A stretch of DNA of 64,000 nucleotides from Octopus sinensis (GCF_006345805.1 NC_043008.1:60512001-60576000); one strand, 5' to 3'. Shown: positions 12,138 to 26,324, numbered from the stretch's first letter. Notes: generated by a model not told the origin, from the letters alone. Numbers and translations are program-made.

Positions 12138-12780
12138 TATATGTATATATATGTATATATGTATATATATATTATATGTGTGTGTGTGTAATAAATTTTA
12201 TATTACATATATATACGTATATCGAAAAACAAATATTCTTAATTAATGATACATTCTTTTTTATTATTCTGGCAATGAAGCAAAACTACATCGAACTTGT
12301 AATCTTATTCTTCTATATAGATTTTAAGTACGCATCATTAGTGGTAGGATTTAAAATCCTGTGAATCTTACTAGGCTGAAAAGAAGTTCTTTAATAATAA
12401 CAATAATGTTATCATCTGTATAATGATCTGAGAACGCAGCCTAAGCTGAATAAATATTGTTCCATAGCACTATGATTGTTAATCTCTTGTTAACAGTGCA
12501 AGGCTTATGATATGAAAATTCCGGCTAAGCTGCATTAATGGTTATGTATAGCAATATGAAAGTTAACCTGTAGTTAATGGTGCAATGATTAAAGATCCAC
12601 GGATTGTTGCTTTGTTAAATAAATAATCTTTTACAAGAATGTTAAAGCCGACGTGGAGATAATGATGGTAGTTGTTAAAAACCAAAAGTTTGAACTAAGC
12701 TCTCTCACATCAATATAAACGATGACTTGGTGTAGAGATTGTTGCTCTTGCTGAGCTCTGATTGGTTTCAAAGGCCAGTT

Positions 12781-13050
12781 GACTCGGAGGAAGAATTAAG
12801 TTACTTACTTCGACCTTGACAGAATTTGAGCTTAGAACATACAGACGGACGAAATACAGCTGAGAACCTTGCCCAGCGTATTGACGGTTCTAGCCCTCCG
12901 CCAAAAACGTAAAGACGGATGAAATACCGCTAAGTATCGTATTTTGTCCGGCATCTTATCAGTTCTGTCAGCTTGCCACCTTAAAGCGTAAAGACGGACG
13001 AAATGACGCTATATATTTTCCCCGGCGTGTTAGCGATTCTGCTAGCTAAT
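12781..13050 (-). mobile_element. Three tandem, diverged SINE-C head fragments
   Basis: Three ~75-80 bp repeats of the ...CAGAA..GTTAGCACGCCGG..GGTATTTCGTCCGTCTTTACG head on the reverse strand; only the last continues into the B-box. Confidence 0.65.
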
Positions 13051-13920
13051 ATGAATGTTAAACAAATGAAGGAACAGGTCTAAGGTAGGCAAGGCGAAAC
13101 AGAATACAAAATCAGAATAATATAGCCGTGGAAAGGGAAACAGATTATAGAAAATTCATGGAAAACACACAGGCAAAAAAAATTCTCGAGACTACTTTGA
13201 CAAAAGTAATTTAATAACATTGGAAATAGCAGTTAAAAGTCTGTACAAAGTAGTTCTCAGGGAAATGGCGATTTGAGGAAAACAAAGGAAAAATTTAAGA
13301 AACGCAACAAAAGGATGGCCGTTAGGGTTATTACTAGTCTTATTAACCGCTGGCATAGTGTCGTTTTTTGTGGAGTAGTACAGGTTGGTAATGAAAATGT
13401 AAGAGAGGGGGATCGACATGTGGCCAGGAAGAGAAAGAATGTGACTTTCAGAAAACATGGCAATTCCAGTACTGAACCCGGTTGTGGGAGCATAAATACA
13501 AGCAGTTAGACTGAAGGTACAGATTAGCGAGTCTAGTTGTTATAACTGTGACAACGAAATCCACGTAAATACTCATTTTTCCCTGCCGAGGAGAAGTTAA
13601 AAGAAACCCCTATAGAATGACGATAAGATTAGCAGGATCTAGAGACTGCTGTTCCCAACTTCTATACGACTTTCATAAGTACCTACTCCCTCAGTCATGG
13701 ATCACTTGTGAGTAGATTTATCCCCATTAGTAGCAAGAGCAGCTAACACCAGTTCATACACGACTTACGACATCGTTACTCCATCTTCTTCTTTCTATCT
13801 ACTGGATTCAGTTTTTGGATAGAGGCCATGCTGGACCACTGCCTTGAATTAAAATATCGCTAAGTTATGAGAATAAATGCAACAAATTAGACATGTACCA
13901 CCGATACATATACACACAAA

Positions 13921-14139
13921 GGCGGAGAGCTGGCAGAAACGTTAGCACGCGTAGCTGTATTTCGTCTGCCGTTACGTTCTGAGTTCAAATTCCGCCGAGG
14001 TCGACTTTGCCTTTCATCCTTTCGGGGTCGATAAATTAAGTACCAGTTACGAACTGGGGTCGATTTAATCGACTTAATCCGTTTGTCTGCCTTTGTTTAT
14101 CCCCTCTGTGTTTAGCCCCTTGTGGGTAGTAAAGAAATA
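13921..14139 (+). mobile_element. SINE family C monomer with tail-1
   Basis: GGCGGAGAGCTGGCAGAAACGTTAGC head, B-box GAGTTCAAATTCC, GACTTTGCCTTTCATCCTTTCGGGGTCGATAAATTAAGTACCAG domain (Nin/Deu-domain-like from memory) and tail ending GGGTAGTAAAGAAATA. Confidence 0.9.
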
Positions 14140-14754
14140 TATGTACACACATGCACATATATGTAGAAATATAACCACAAATACATATGCCTGTATATGC
14201 ATACATATACAAAAACATATATACAAATATATGTATATATGCACACACTCACAAACACAAACACACACTCACACACATTTATGCAGACACACTCATGCGC
14301 ACGCACACATACTTGCGCGCGCACGCACATTCACACAAAACTGTGAATTCTGCAATGTGGTACTTTCTAAATTCCTGCCACAGAATATTGGTTAACCCAA
14401 AACTAAAACACAAGCCATTTGATCAATCTTAAAGAAAGTGCTAAAGAACCTAAGACCACGTGATTGGGGAGCGAATATCGCAACCACGCTCTGTTGCCTA
14501 AAGTTGTGTGCGTGTTCATATATGTGTGCGTTTGTGTGTGTGTGTGTAGGCATAGGTATATGAGTGTTTGTAATGTGTATTTACGTGTGTGTGTGTGTAG
14601 GCGTGTGAGTGTTCTTAACTATTCCGTGTTGTTGAACCGTTTAAATATGCCAGCTGTGCTTTATGTAGACTTTTATCTTAACTTCTTTTGGCAGTTTGAT
14701 TACAAGGTTCCTTCTCCTTATACAGCTCTAACACCGCCTCTCTCTTTCTCTTTA

Positions 14755-14773
14755 TATATATGTATATATATAT

Positions 14774-14815
<42 letters not shown>

Positions 14816-14915
14816 CCTATATATATATACATACTATATATATATCTAATACATACATAATATATATATAATACATCTATATATATACATACATACAATA
14901 TATATATATACATAC

Positions 14916-14947
<32 letters not shown>

Positions 14948-14975
14948 CATATATAAATATATAAATGTATGTACG

Positions 14976-15021
<46 letters not shown>

Positions 15022-15065
15022 AAACAACATGTAAATATTTATACGAATATATTTATATATATGTT
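14755..15065. repeat. Compound (TA)n microsatellite
   Basis: Direct reading. Confidence 0.95.
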
Positions 15066-15989
15066 TCTTTTTCTCTCTCTCTATTACTTTCATTATAGGT
15101 TACTGTATCTAAGAAACCGAGAATTTAGAGATGGATGAGATGAGTTCATAACCAGTGTTCAGCTGAAATCCAAAATTATAAAAATATGACAAGCAAACAA
15201 TACTTTAGGAATGATAATAAAGATAAACAATTACGTGGATTGAAAACAATAAAAGAAAAAAAACCCTTTAAAATAGAAATAATTTGTAGAAAAGTAAAAG
15301 AAAAGTGAAGGAAGCGATAATTGAAAACAACAGGGATTAATTAAATCAATTAAACAAAAGGAAATAGAGTTTAATTGTTGAAATTCTTCCGACATAACAA
15401 CAGCGGCAATGACAACCTCAATGTAAATGAATGAGGAGGAAAGAAGGAAAGCAAGAAGTACGTATCATAGTCATGTGTGGGCGCGTATGTAGAGGGAGAG
15501 AGAGAAAGAGACAGAGAGAGAGGGGGAGAGGGAGGGGGAGAGGGAGAGGGAGAGGGAGAGGGGGTGGCTGGGGAAGAAAGCTTCATTCATTCTTCCGAAT
15601 GAAGGTTAGATTCAAATATCAAATTACATGTATTTTGCGTTTGTCTGTCAGAGTGCGTATATGCTTCTTTGTCTGAAATTTCTCAGTGAATGAATCTATA
15701 TGTATGTGTGTGTGTATGTGTGTATATCAGTGTCTGTGCATGCGCTATATATATATATTTTTTTTTGCTGAATATCGACGAGTTCCCATTGAATGAAACA
15801 GTGCTATTGTCAAACACATACACACATTACTTAATATCCGCCCTGATGTTGCATAAGTTATTTGGCTTCAAATAGAGAAGATGTTGACATCGGTTGATGT
15901 TTCATGGTTGTAAAGGGAAAAAATCTACTCAATGGGATGGACGACAGCACCTAAGATATCCTTTTGTCTTCCCTGTTACAAGCACTGGA

Positions 15990-16350
15990 TTGTAGCCATG
16001 CTGGAGCATGGCCCTGAAGGGATTTAGTCGAACAATTCGACACTCAGTACTTACGCTTCATTTTTACAGTCTAGTACTTATACTATCGGTTACTTTTTGC
16101 CGAATCGTTAAGTTATTAGGACGTAAATAGACCAACATCAGTCGTCAAGCAGTGGGAGTATAGACATAAACGCAAAAAACTAACGCCCGTCCGCACGCAC
16201 ACGCACATGCACACACGCACATTTATGATGGGCTTCTTTGGAATTCCAGATCCAGTCATAAGTCTTTAGTCGACCCGAGGCTATAGTAGAATACATTTCC
16301 TCAAGGCACCACACTGTGGTACTGAACCCAAAATCACATGGTTGATAGCT
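15990..16350 (-). mobile_element. SINE family B, diverged
   Basis: GCCATGCTGGAGC, TTTAGTCGAAC, TTTTGCCGAATCG and CCGAGGCTATAGTAGAA segments are colinear with the 2330 copy. Confidence 0.8.
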
Positions 16351-18555
16351 CTGTTATTGCTTAACAGCATGTTGTTTCTAAGCGAGTAGAGATATGGTCA
16401 ACTTATAGAATTCTCCAGTAATTTCTAAGACTATTTCTCCTCTCTGTGACGATATTGAAGTCTACATTATACAATCTATTACTTCCATTTGGTACGTGGT
16501 ACTGTGTGATTCGAAAATTTTGACTCCTGTTTCTTGCACGCCGAGCGACCATGTATCAGCCTCATTCCGATGATTATAAAGTAACTCAATTGAAATAAGA
16601 CAAAGTAGAACGAAAATGTTTCCATGTTTAAATCAAGAATCAACTGAGAAATCGGATTATTATTTCACATCATGAATGATTTTCGTTCTCGTACAACAAG
16701 ATAACGCATATGGTCATTCTATTTAAGTAGTTGCATGACCCGAGTTTCATGTCAGAGTAAAATTGTTATCTTTGATGTGTATTTTTAAAGAATTCCATGT
16801 TTACTCGTGAGCCGAAGAAATAGATATTACTGAAATGTAGCAGAGCCAATTCAGCTAATAAACAGATGCATTAATTAGTGTTTATAGAAGTGTGCAGTAA
16901 AAGCATTTACATATTAAAGTAAAGTTTGTACATTCTTGTAAAATAAGATCATTAGAAGTACTTAATTCCCAAATCAATGCATGATACAAGACTGATATCA
17001 GAAGAGATTATTTTATATCAACGTATATTTTTGGCAAAGTTCTTTATAAATGAGAAATGGTGTGTTGAAACAGATATGAGGTTTTATCAGGAAGTTTCCA
17101 AATTGCACGTGCTAAGATTCCACAGTTCAACAGTAAGGCGCGTGCAGCTAATTGTTTTTGCTAGATCGGCGACCATATTAGTCTTCAAGAAGGCTTCATA
17201 CCGTCTACGCGTGGTCGTGTATTGTACGAGGTTCTGTAACGCTGTGTTACAATAACCCTGTGAATTACTCGAGTTAAATTTTGCCTGAAGCTGGAGATCC
17301 AAAACATACATCGTCAGTTTTATACAGAAGGTGGACTAAGTCGAAAATTTTTTTTTTAAGCGGCATAGGCGTTTCAGGACTGGTCAACTGTCAAGAAAAC
17401 GATAAGCGTTAAGGACAAACAATCACTAGCGCGAAGCCGAAATTGCACTAAAAAATAATAATGAGCTCACGAAATCAATGACAAAGTGAAAGGCCGTCAC
17501 CCAAAAATCTATCAGCACTCTCATTTTGTATTGAAGAAAACTAATTTGTACCAATTACAGGAAAAATTATACAAATTATTGTATGCTGCGTCGAAATGAG
17601 TTGCGACGGTACTGGTGCCAAGCTGTATCAGCCTTTGCCTTCCCCTTCGATAACATCAGTGGCGTGGAGAGGGGAGGCTGGTATGCATGGGCAACTGCTG
17701 GTTCTTTGCATAAACTTGGCCTAGACTTGTACCTCGGAGGGGAACATTTTAGGTGCAATGCCATGGTCATTCATGACGGAAGGGGGTCATTACCCCTACC
17801 TTATTCTTTGTGCCTCCCAGGTCACACCTAATCGCGTAGAATTAGGATCAAGTAGATCCCAGCTGCGAGCAATTGATCTTTTTGCGTACCACAGGGATGC
17901 ATTCATCGATGCAGCCTTAATAATTTAATATGGTAAGGCGTAATTCGAGAAAAATTCAGTGGTGTTCAGACCCCTAATTATTATCTGTAGTTTTTGTTTT
18001 TTATATTTCTGTTCAGCCATGGTTGAATATATCAAGCGGAATACAACCATTTTCGGACATATCTGGGATGCCCTTATTCCACGTAACCTTTTTTCGCTCA
18101 TTCCAATACAGCAGAGTATGATCTCAGAAAAAAAAAAAAAACGTTTTGCTACTCCGACTAACATGTTGAGGCTCTTTGTGAGTGCACGAACGTTGAGTCG
18201 AATAAATAGAACATAAGTCAACTATTGATAAATACTACCCCTCTGTATAAAAAGATATATTACGATACTATTTGGAACCAATACAAAGGTGAGCAGAGGT
18301 TTACTTCATTAGCATTGATGAAATTTACGGTGTTGAATTTATTAATCCCTATTAGTGTGAAGTTAATTGCTTGGTGATATTCTTAAATATTCTCTTTAAC
18401 TCCATCATTTGTTGCTTCTTTACGCCCAGATATATCTTATTCAAGATATCTATCTATTTCTTGTGAACTTTTTACCATTTTGTTTTGATTTTTAACTTTT
18501 CAACCTCCTTCAGTTAAACTATCGCCACACCCTTTTCCTCTTTTCTCTCTCTCCT

Positions 18556-18607
<52 letters not shown>

Positions 18608-20854
18608 TTTCACTTTCTGTCTCTCTTCGCTTTTATCTCTTTCTTCAATTCATCGTCTTTTGCATATCTTTAATAAAATCGTTTTACAATTCGACTGTTT
18701 TGAGATAAGATGAAAAAAGTTGAAAAAAAAAATAATAAAATAAAGAAGGAAAGAAATATAGGAACAAAAACCTGCTTGCAACGAAACAGCAACAATAGTA
18801 ACAACAACAATAACAACAACTAAAACAGAAGCAACATCAACAACTACAAAGAACCACCAAATATGCCGAAGGGAATTAATGAGATTTTTCAAAAGAAAAT
18901 GAGCACTTTTTGAAATTAAAGATCCTTAGCAAATAAACAATAACATAACGCTACTGCTGCCTTTACTACTACTACCACCACCACCACCACAATAACCAGT
19001 ATCACCACCACCAAAACCACTACTACTACTACTACTACAACGACGATGACAATATATATTTGGGAAAAGGGATATGCTGTTTAGTATTCTATGATTTAAT
19101 GAATATTCTGGCAACATACTGCCAATTCTTTAAAAGCTTTTCCATCACGTCTCCTTTTATCATACAAGCACGCACCTACAAACACACACACACACATATA
19201 TATACATACGCGCGCACACACAAGCATATTCATATATACACACATGCTCCCACGCATTTTATATTTTGAAGCATGTTTCTTTAGAATCTCTTTAACTATT
19301 GTTTGTGCTCAATTGGCACAAATTTACATTTCAGAAGGGGAAGGTCAATCTTCTAGTCAATATAATTGACCCAAATCCTTTCGTAAATCATCATAACAGT
19401 AATTGGTTTATACCTCAAAATCATTGTTAATACTAGAACAGCAAATATTTATATCTCGGGCCCTCATCCGCTGATGAAACCGCAAGGGAAAATGATATAC
19501 GCCATGTTTGGGTGTTTTAAGCGTGGCGGATCATTTTTCCAAGCTCTGATAACGGCTGATTTCTTTCAGTGAACACAAGGGACTGGGAGAGAAAGAGAGT
19601 AAATGAATAAGGGGGAGAAAGAGAGCGAGAGAGGGGGGATAGAAAGAGAGAGATAGGGAGTGAGGGAAAGCAACAATCGGAAAGAGTAATTCCTTGCTAC
19701 TTTATTGATTGATCCTGAAACTTACCTACCTCCCTACTTATATACATACGTTATACATATATGAATACATAACATACGTCATGAACATACGGATGTACGT
19801 TATACACATTGGGACATACCTTATCTTCATATATATATTTACGCATGCAAAAAACATTTACACGGATTTCAGCTTTTTTCCCTTAGCCTTTTCTGGACAG
19901 GAAGCAATGTATTATCATTTGCGACGTATTCTGTTGTGTCTTGGCTTTTTTTAGTTGGAAGCTGATTGATGACAAGTACGTTATTTTGACATATAAGAGT
20001 GCTTCTAAGAGGGGGTGGTGTCATCTGTTGGAGGCAGTCAGTACCTATGGATGCTGATGTCTGTGAAGGTTGAAGTGGGCGATAGATGCTTGTATACAAT
20101 ATATTTTGTTTCAGTCTCATCCTTAAATATTAACTTTAAATATTTTTGCTTTTATGTCATGATAAAGTCTTTGTTAGTCACGTTTACTGCACCGACAATA
20201 ACAATTACATCAACAATATAAATAGACTTCAAAATATGAATAATAAAAAAACAATATATATATATACTAAACGTATTTATAAAATATAAACAATAAACAA
20301 AAGTGTAATTCAAACTTAATTGTCAAATTTTGTAGATATCTTGATACGTGCAAAAAAGACTGTTATTCAAATTTTGCGCTAGGTAACGTCGAAATCCTGA
20401 CGTATTTGTGCACACACACACACGCACACATACACACACACAAAACGCACATACACGCGCACACACTTTTATGTATATACAATTAAGAGAATAAGTAAAA
20501 TTCAAGAGACTATCTCAGTAGCAACCCACTCAGGAAATCGGGTAGCAATGTGTTCGAATAGTACTGTAAAGGTGAAATATTTTTCATTAACGATAGGTCA
20601 ATCATTAAAGGAAACACCAATCCAAGGCATGTTTTATTTTTCATAGACTGAACCAAAATAATTTGAATTGAGACAAATAGTCAAATCAATGCTACATATG
20701 TTTCGGTGACCACTGCTATTCAATAAATAACAGTAGCTCAGTGAAACGGACGTAACGTTGGTTGGATTTCTCTTTTCCTCCATTAAAATTTTGAAGAATA
20801 TGAGTACATATACATATACATACATGCGCATATATATGTATATATATATATATA

Positions 20855-21220
20855 TTCAGTCATCTGACTGTGGCTATGCTGGAGCACCGCCTTTAGTCGA
20901 GCATATAGACCCCAGGATATATTCTTTGTAAGCCTAGTACTTATTCCATCGGTCTCTTTTGTCGAACCGCTAAACACACCAGCATCGGTTGTCAAGCGAT
21001 GTTGGGTGAACAAACGGAGGCACAAAAACATATACACACATACATATATGCATATATGCGCCAGGCTTCTTTCAGTTTCCGTCTACCAAATCCACTCCCA
21101 AGGCTTTGGTTTGCCCGAGGGTATGGTAGAAGACGCTTGCCCAAGGTGCCACGGAGTGGGACTGAACCCGGAACCATATGAATCGTAATCAAGCTACTTA
21201 CCACACAACCACTCCTACGC
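20855..21220 (-). mobile_element. SINE family B, near full length
   Basis: Colinear with the 2330 and 33041 copies; ends CCACTCCTACGC on the + strand. Confidence 0.9.
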
Positions 21221-21329
21221 TTATGTATATATATATATACAAATATATATGTATACATATGTATATATGTATGTACATATACATATATATACATATATAT
21301 GCTTATATATATATATATATATACATACA

Positions 21330-21363
<34 letters not shown>

Positions 21364-21601
21364 CATATATACACACATACACAGATGCATATGCATCTGG
21401 TACAGCTAATTTTGCTGAATTGTAGTGTCGGTGAGAAATGTGTTAGTGGGTGGTAGTCAGAATGTTTAAGAAGCAATGAACTATATGTAAACGCAATGAA
21501 AGGATGTTAATTATAATTTTTCGAGTTCCAGTTATCTGAAATTCCGTTTTTTTTTTCTTCTCTTACAGTTCATGCTCTCCCGTGTTGTTTTCAAGTTCTA
21601 T

Positions 21602-21695
21602 GATTTAACCTAGAATTAGAATTTCTGCACTTGAACATTCTACTAAATGAAATGAAACGAAAATAATAATAATAATGATGATGATAATAATAATC

Positions 21696-21764
<69 letters not shown>

Positions 21765-21915
21765 TGATTGATTGATTCTAGTTTCAGCATTTGAGATGTG
21801 GCCATGCTGGGGCACCGCCATAATAATAATAATAATAATAATAATATAATAAAATAATAATAATAATAATAATGATGATGATGATATTAATAGTAGTAGA
21901 AATAATAACAATAAC

Positions 21916-21968
<53 letters not shown>

Positions 21969-23014
21969 TAATAATATTAATTATAATAATTTCATAATTG
22001 TAATAATTGTAATAAGATGACAAAGATGTTTTTTATATTTTTGTTTTTGAAGATAATATGGGAATATATTTGTTATCGATAGAGCTTTCATGATTCTGGT
22101 GACCATTTCCTGCAAATTTTGGCCACCTAATGAAACGAGTAAATTTATTTCTCTGTAAAAAAATGCGAGAATAATTTGAAATGTCTGAAAACAAGTCTCA
22201 AGGTTATGAGAAAACATTCGAATATTCGTCTGCCGTCTTCTATGACTTTCATTTTTAAATTTGAAAAATATAAAATAGATTTCATAAATTTATCCACGAA
22301 GTAACAATATATTCCACAGATTTGTGAAACACGACCTTTCAAAGCAAGTGACAGCAACAACGCCACCAAACCACCACCACCACCGCCACCAACAATAATA
22401 ATACCTAAATTAATATTGATTTATTAATATCTAACAAAAAAGATTAGCTTCCGTTGCTAACATCGCTATCATTATTGTTCTTTTCTTCGTGAATTATCAA
22501 CCATTATCAACCCTCACATCAAATTATCGTAATCATTATCTTTTTTTTTAGTCGTTTCTGCTGATATTGTTGAAGCCACTGCTTTTGCTGCTGCCGCTGC
22601 TACTGCTCTGTTGCGGTTATTTGTGAATTAGTATGAGGATACTAATCAACGTCAGTGATGTAATTGACCAACATTGCTAATATTGATTGAGAAAAAGAAA
22701 ACAACTAACATGGACCAAAGCAAATTTTGTAACCAAGAATTAAAAGTAAAAAAAAACAAAAACAAAGTACAATAAACAAAACACACTAGTACAAGAAATA
22801 TCATCAAAGGATTCCCTCAACTGCCATTGTGTTTCTTTATCATAACCGAAATAATCATTATTACGACTGTTATTATTTATAGTATTATTACTATTTCTAC
22901 TATTTATATTATTACATTTTATTTTTCATTGTCATTATTTGTGCTGTTATTGTTGTTGTTCTTCTTGTTCTTCTTCGTCTTCTTTGTTTACTTCGCTTTC
23001 TTCGTCATCATCAT

Positions 23015-23073
<59 letters not shown>

Positions 23074-23131
23074 CGTTTCATCTCATTTAGTAGAATTTTC
23101 AAGTGCAGAAATTCTAATTCTAGGTTAAATC
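21602..23131. repeat. 59-bp inverted repeat pair (21602-21660 / 23073-23131), each followed inward by (TAA)n; candidate non-autonomous DNA transposon or foldback
   Basis: 57/59 identity by manual comparison; outer ends TTAA-CCTAG ... CTAGG-TTAA. Confidence 0.7.
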
Positions 23132-23899
23132 TTCAGATCGAACAAAAGAAAAAAAAAGTTCTACCCCACTCCAAAAAATAAAAACAAAGCAAAAACAAAA
23201 TGCAAGAAAAAAAGAAAATTATAAAAATAAAGGAGTAAAAAAGATACACAATCTACAAGAAATAAAAAACCCAACAAAACTCTAGGTGAGGTGTATGAGT
23301 GTCAGGTGATACAACTTGTATTTTAAGAAGTGAAGCAAGACAAAAACATAAAGAAATACAAAAATTTAAACCGATGTTACCTTCCCCATCAGATCACCAT
23401 CGCTAAAAAATACTAAAGCAAAAACTACACAAAAAATGACTAAGCAATATGCAGCTATATCCCATAATTAGTTAGAAGCTAATTAAAGAGATATTTTAAA
23501 GAGCTAGATGGCATGATTCCATGCTAATTCAGCAGAATAAAGCATATTCATTGAAGACGAATTCTACATTACCCACGTCATATTTTAGTCGTTTATATGT
23601 TGCAAGTAGGAATGTACTTTAAGTCAAGCGTGAACGATTATCGATATGCCCGAAGATATTCCAATCCAGATATTCTGATTTATAGATTACTGGCACATAA
23701 GTATGCACAACCTGAAAGGTATGTTAGTAATCCACAAATACAGACAGACACAATAACATACATATGTATATATGTTGGAGTAGGTTTATACATCAAATTA
23801 TTTAATTTGATATACATGTGTGTATGTATATGTGCGTATAAACACACACGCATCACATATACACATTTTATACGTACACTCACATACGCACACATCACA

Positions 23900-24189
23900 C
23901 ACATATATACATATATTAATAAATATATATATACACATATATACATATATATATATAAATATATATACATACATATATACATACATATATATATACATAC
24001 ATATATACATGCATACATATATATATACATACATATATATATACATGCATACATATATATACACATACATATATATATATATACATACATACATATATAC
24101 ATACATACATACATATATATATACATACATATATATATATACATACATACATATATACATACATACATATATACATATATATAAATATA

Positions 24190-24234
<45 letters not shown>

Positions 24235-24245
24235 GTGTGTGTGTG
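23900..24245. repeat. Compound (TA)n/(TACA)n microsatellite
   Basis: Direct reading; source of the 160-200 aa IY/HT ORFs. Confidence 0.95.
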
Positions 24246-24249
24246 TGCG

Positions 24250-24555
24250 TGCAGGCGCGTGGCTTGGTCGTTAGGGTGTTGCACTCACGATTGAGAGATC
24301 GTGGGTTCGGTTCCCAGATCCAGCGTGGCGTTCTGCTCTTGAGCAAAGCACTTCATTTCACGTTGCTGTGTGATCATTTTTTTTATCTGACATGTGGCAC
24401 ACGGTGCACCTGTAAGGTAATGTCGATTTGACGGAAGCAGTAAGCTTATGCGTACATAAACACTTGATCACTATAAACAAATCATTTGCGTTGTTGTTCG
24501 GTAAGAAATTGCCGAATCGCATAACACGTCTGACGACGGGAGAGTCGCCGATTTA
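24250..24555 (+). mobile_element. tRNA-derived SINE with family-A-type head and core start but a different 3' region
   Basis: GCAGGCGCGTGGCTTGGTCGTTAGGG head, GGTTCGGTTCCC B-box-like motif and CTCTTGAGCAAAGCACTTCATTTCACGTTGCT shared with family A, then unrelated sequence. Confidence 0.7.
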
Positions 24556-25057
24556 TAAGTATAATACACAACAAACATATATGCACACATAAGTTATATC
24601 ATTTTCTCATGTATGTTTATATTTTCGATGGTGAACATTCCCATATATGAAAACACTCCCAGTTTAACATACACACTAATTTAGAATCTCCGACGAAGCT
24701 AAGGGACGATGCACAACGCTCAGCTCGACAGTAAGTGCAACGTAACGCAGAAACAGCTGTTAGTCAATAAGGTAATTCCTGTTATCTCGACATTGATTTA
24801 ATATCATATAACGCTCTGCACTTGCCAAAGGCTTTATTCTGCAGAATATGCATACTGAGTTATAACATCAGGCTATTAGTATCACTATACGTAAGCGAAA
24901 GCCTCATAAACACACACAAACACACAACACCACACATATATATATATATATGTATATATATGTATATATATGCATAAATATTATATATATATTATATATA
25001 TATACGTAAGATTATATATATATATATATACGTGTATATATATATATTTATACATAC

Positions 25058-25091
<34 letters not shown>

Positions 25092-25361
25092 TATATATAT
25101 ACATACGAATTCGTATATATACACATATATTAATACTATTCATACATACGCATATACATATATCAGTATTGTTATATACGTAAGCATACACAAAAACACA
25201 TACACGCACGACACACACACACACACACACACACAACATATAGTGTAGATTTGTTAAACTAGCACAATGATACAAAACCACAACTTCAAGCTAGTGCAGA
25301 TGTTCAAAGTGAGCATAAACTGCATCGATCTCACACGTCTGGAAACGTCTGCATATGTTAT

Positions 25362-25388
25362 AGGTCACGGGTTAAAGTTCAGAGTTCC
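25362..25388 (+). promoter_or_regulatory. Candidate nuclear-receptor element: four tandem RGKTCA-like half sites with 1-bp spacing (DR1 array)
   Basis: AGGTCA-c-GGGTTA-a-AGTTCA-g-AGTTCC in unique sequence; motif match only. Confidence 0.35.
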
Positions 25389-25672
25389 TCCTTCTTTCTC
25401 CTCCTCCTCTTTCTGATTAACGTATAAAGAATATTACAGCTCGCAGTGCAACGGAGACTGATTAGTCGCCAGTGGAGGCCAGATTCATCACCAACTACCC
25501 ACAGATAAAAGGAAAAGTTCGATATCAGCAACCATTGATAATTTATGAATACCGACACGTATACAGATCATACAAACACCTAAACACAGAGAGGTTCATG
25601 TGTGTGTGTGTGTGTGTTTGTGTGTGCTCGTGCGCGCGTGCGTCTGTATGTGTGTGCCTGTCTCTCTCTCTC

Positions 25673-25718
<46 letters not shown>

Positions 25719-25782
25719 CACACATATATATATATACATATATAGATATATATGCATATATGTACATATATATATTTGTGTA

Positions 25783-25844
<62 letters not shown>

Positions 25845-25924
25845 TATATATATATATACAGTATATGTTATGTACATATCATATATATCTGTATGCATAT
25901 ATGTACATATATATATAATATATC

Positions 25925-25957
<33 letters not shown>

Positions 25958-26023
25958 CACACACATATATATATATACATATATAGATATATATGCATAT
26001 ATGTACATATATATATTTTTGTA

Positions 26024-26089
<66 letters not shown>

Positions 26090-26190
26090 TATATATATAT
26101 ATACAGTATATGTATATGTACCATATATCATATATATCTGTATGCATATATGTACATATATATATACTTATATATATATATATATTACCT
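25719..26190. repeat. Tandem duplication (~240-bp unit) of a compound TA-rich microsatellite block
   Basis: Interruptions (TAGATA, TGCATA, CAGTAT, TATCTGTATGC) recur in the same order in both units. Confidence 0.8.
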
Positions 26191-26199
26191 CTATATATG

Positions 26200-26231
<32 letters not shown>

Positions 26232-26324
26232 ATACATATGTATCTACACGCATATGGACACACACACACACACACACAGACACACATACACACACACACA
26301 CATATGTATGTATGTACGATGAAA

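Noticed and set aside
12540-12780. VNGAMIKDPRIVALLNK resembling the CR1 inter-domain region
   Set aside because: Too short and degraded to call without an HMM search.
13180-13800. Minus-strand IYAPTT suggesting an RTE endonuclease remnant
   Set aside because: Single short motif without colinear support.
19471-19500. CTGATGA..CC GCAA GG GAAA hammerhead-like motif
   Set aside because: Stem II is only 2 bp, and no convincing stem I/III or UH site could be formed.
21568-21615. Strong + strand acceptor TTTTCTTCTCTTACAG
   Set aside because: All three downstream frames hit stops within 15 codons; at most a non-coding exon, unsupported.
24685-24730. 46-nt segment between TTAG and GTAAGT as a possible exon
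   Set aside because: Weak polypyrimidine tract and no partner exon or recognisable peptide.
23597-26322. Long ORFs (up to 213 aa) rich in I/Y/H/T/C/V
   Set aside because: Pure translations of (TA)n/(CA)n/(TG)n microsatellites; the same applies to the poly-L/V/T/I ORFs at 4392-6930 and similar ORFs elsewhere.
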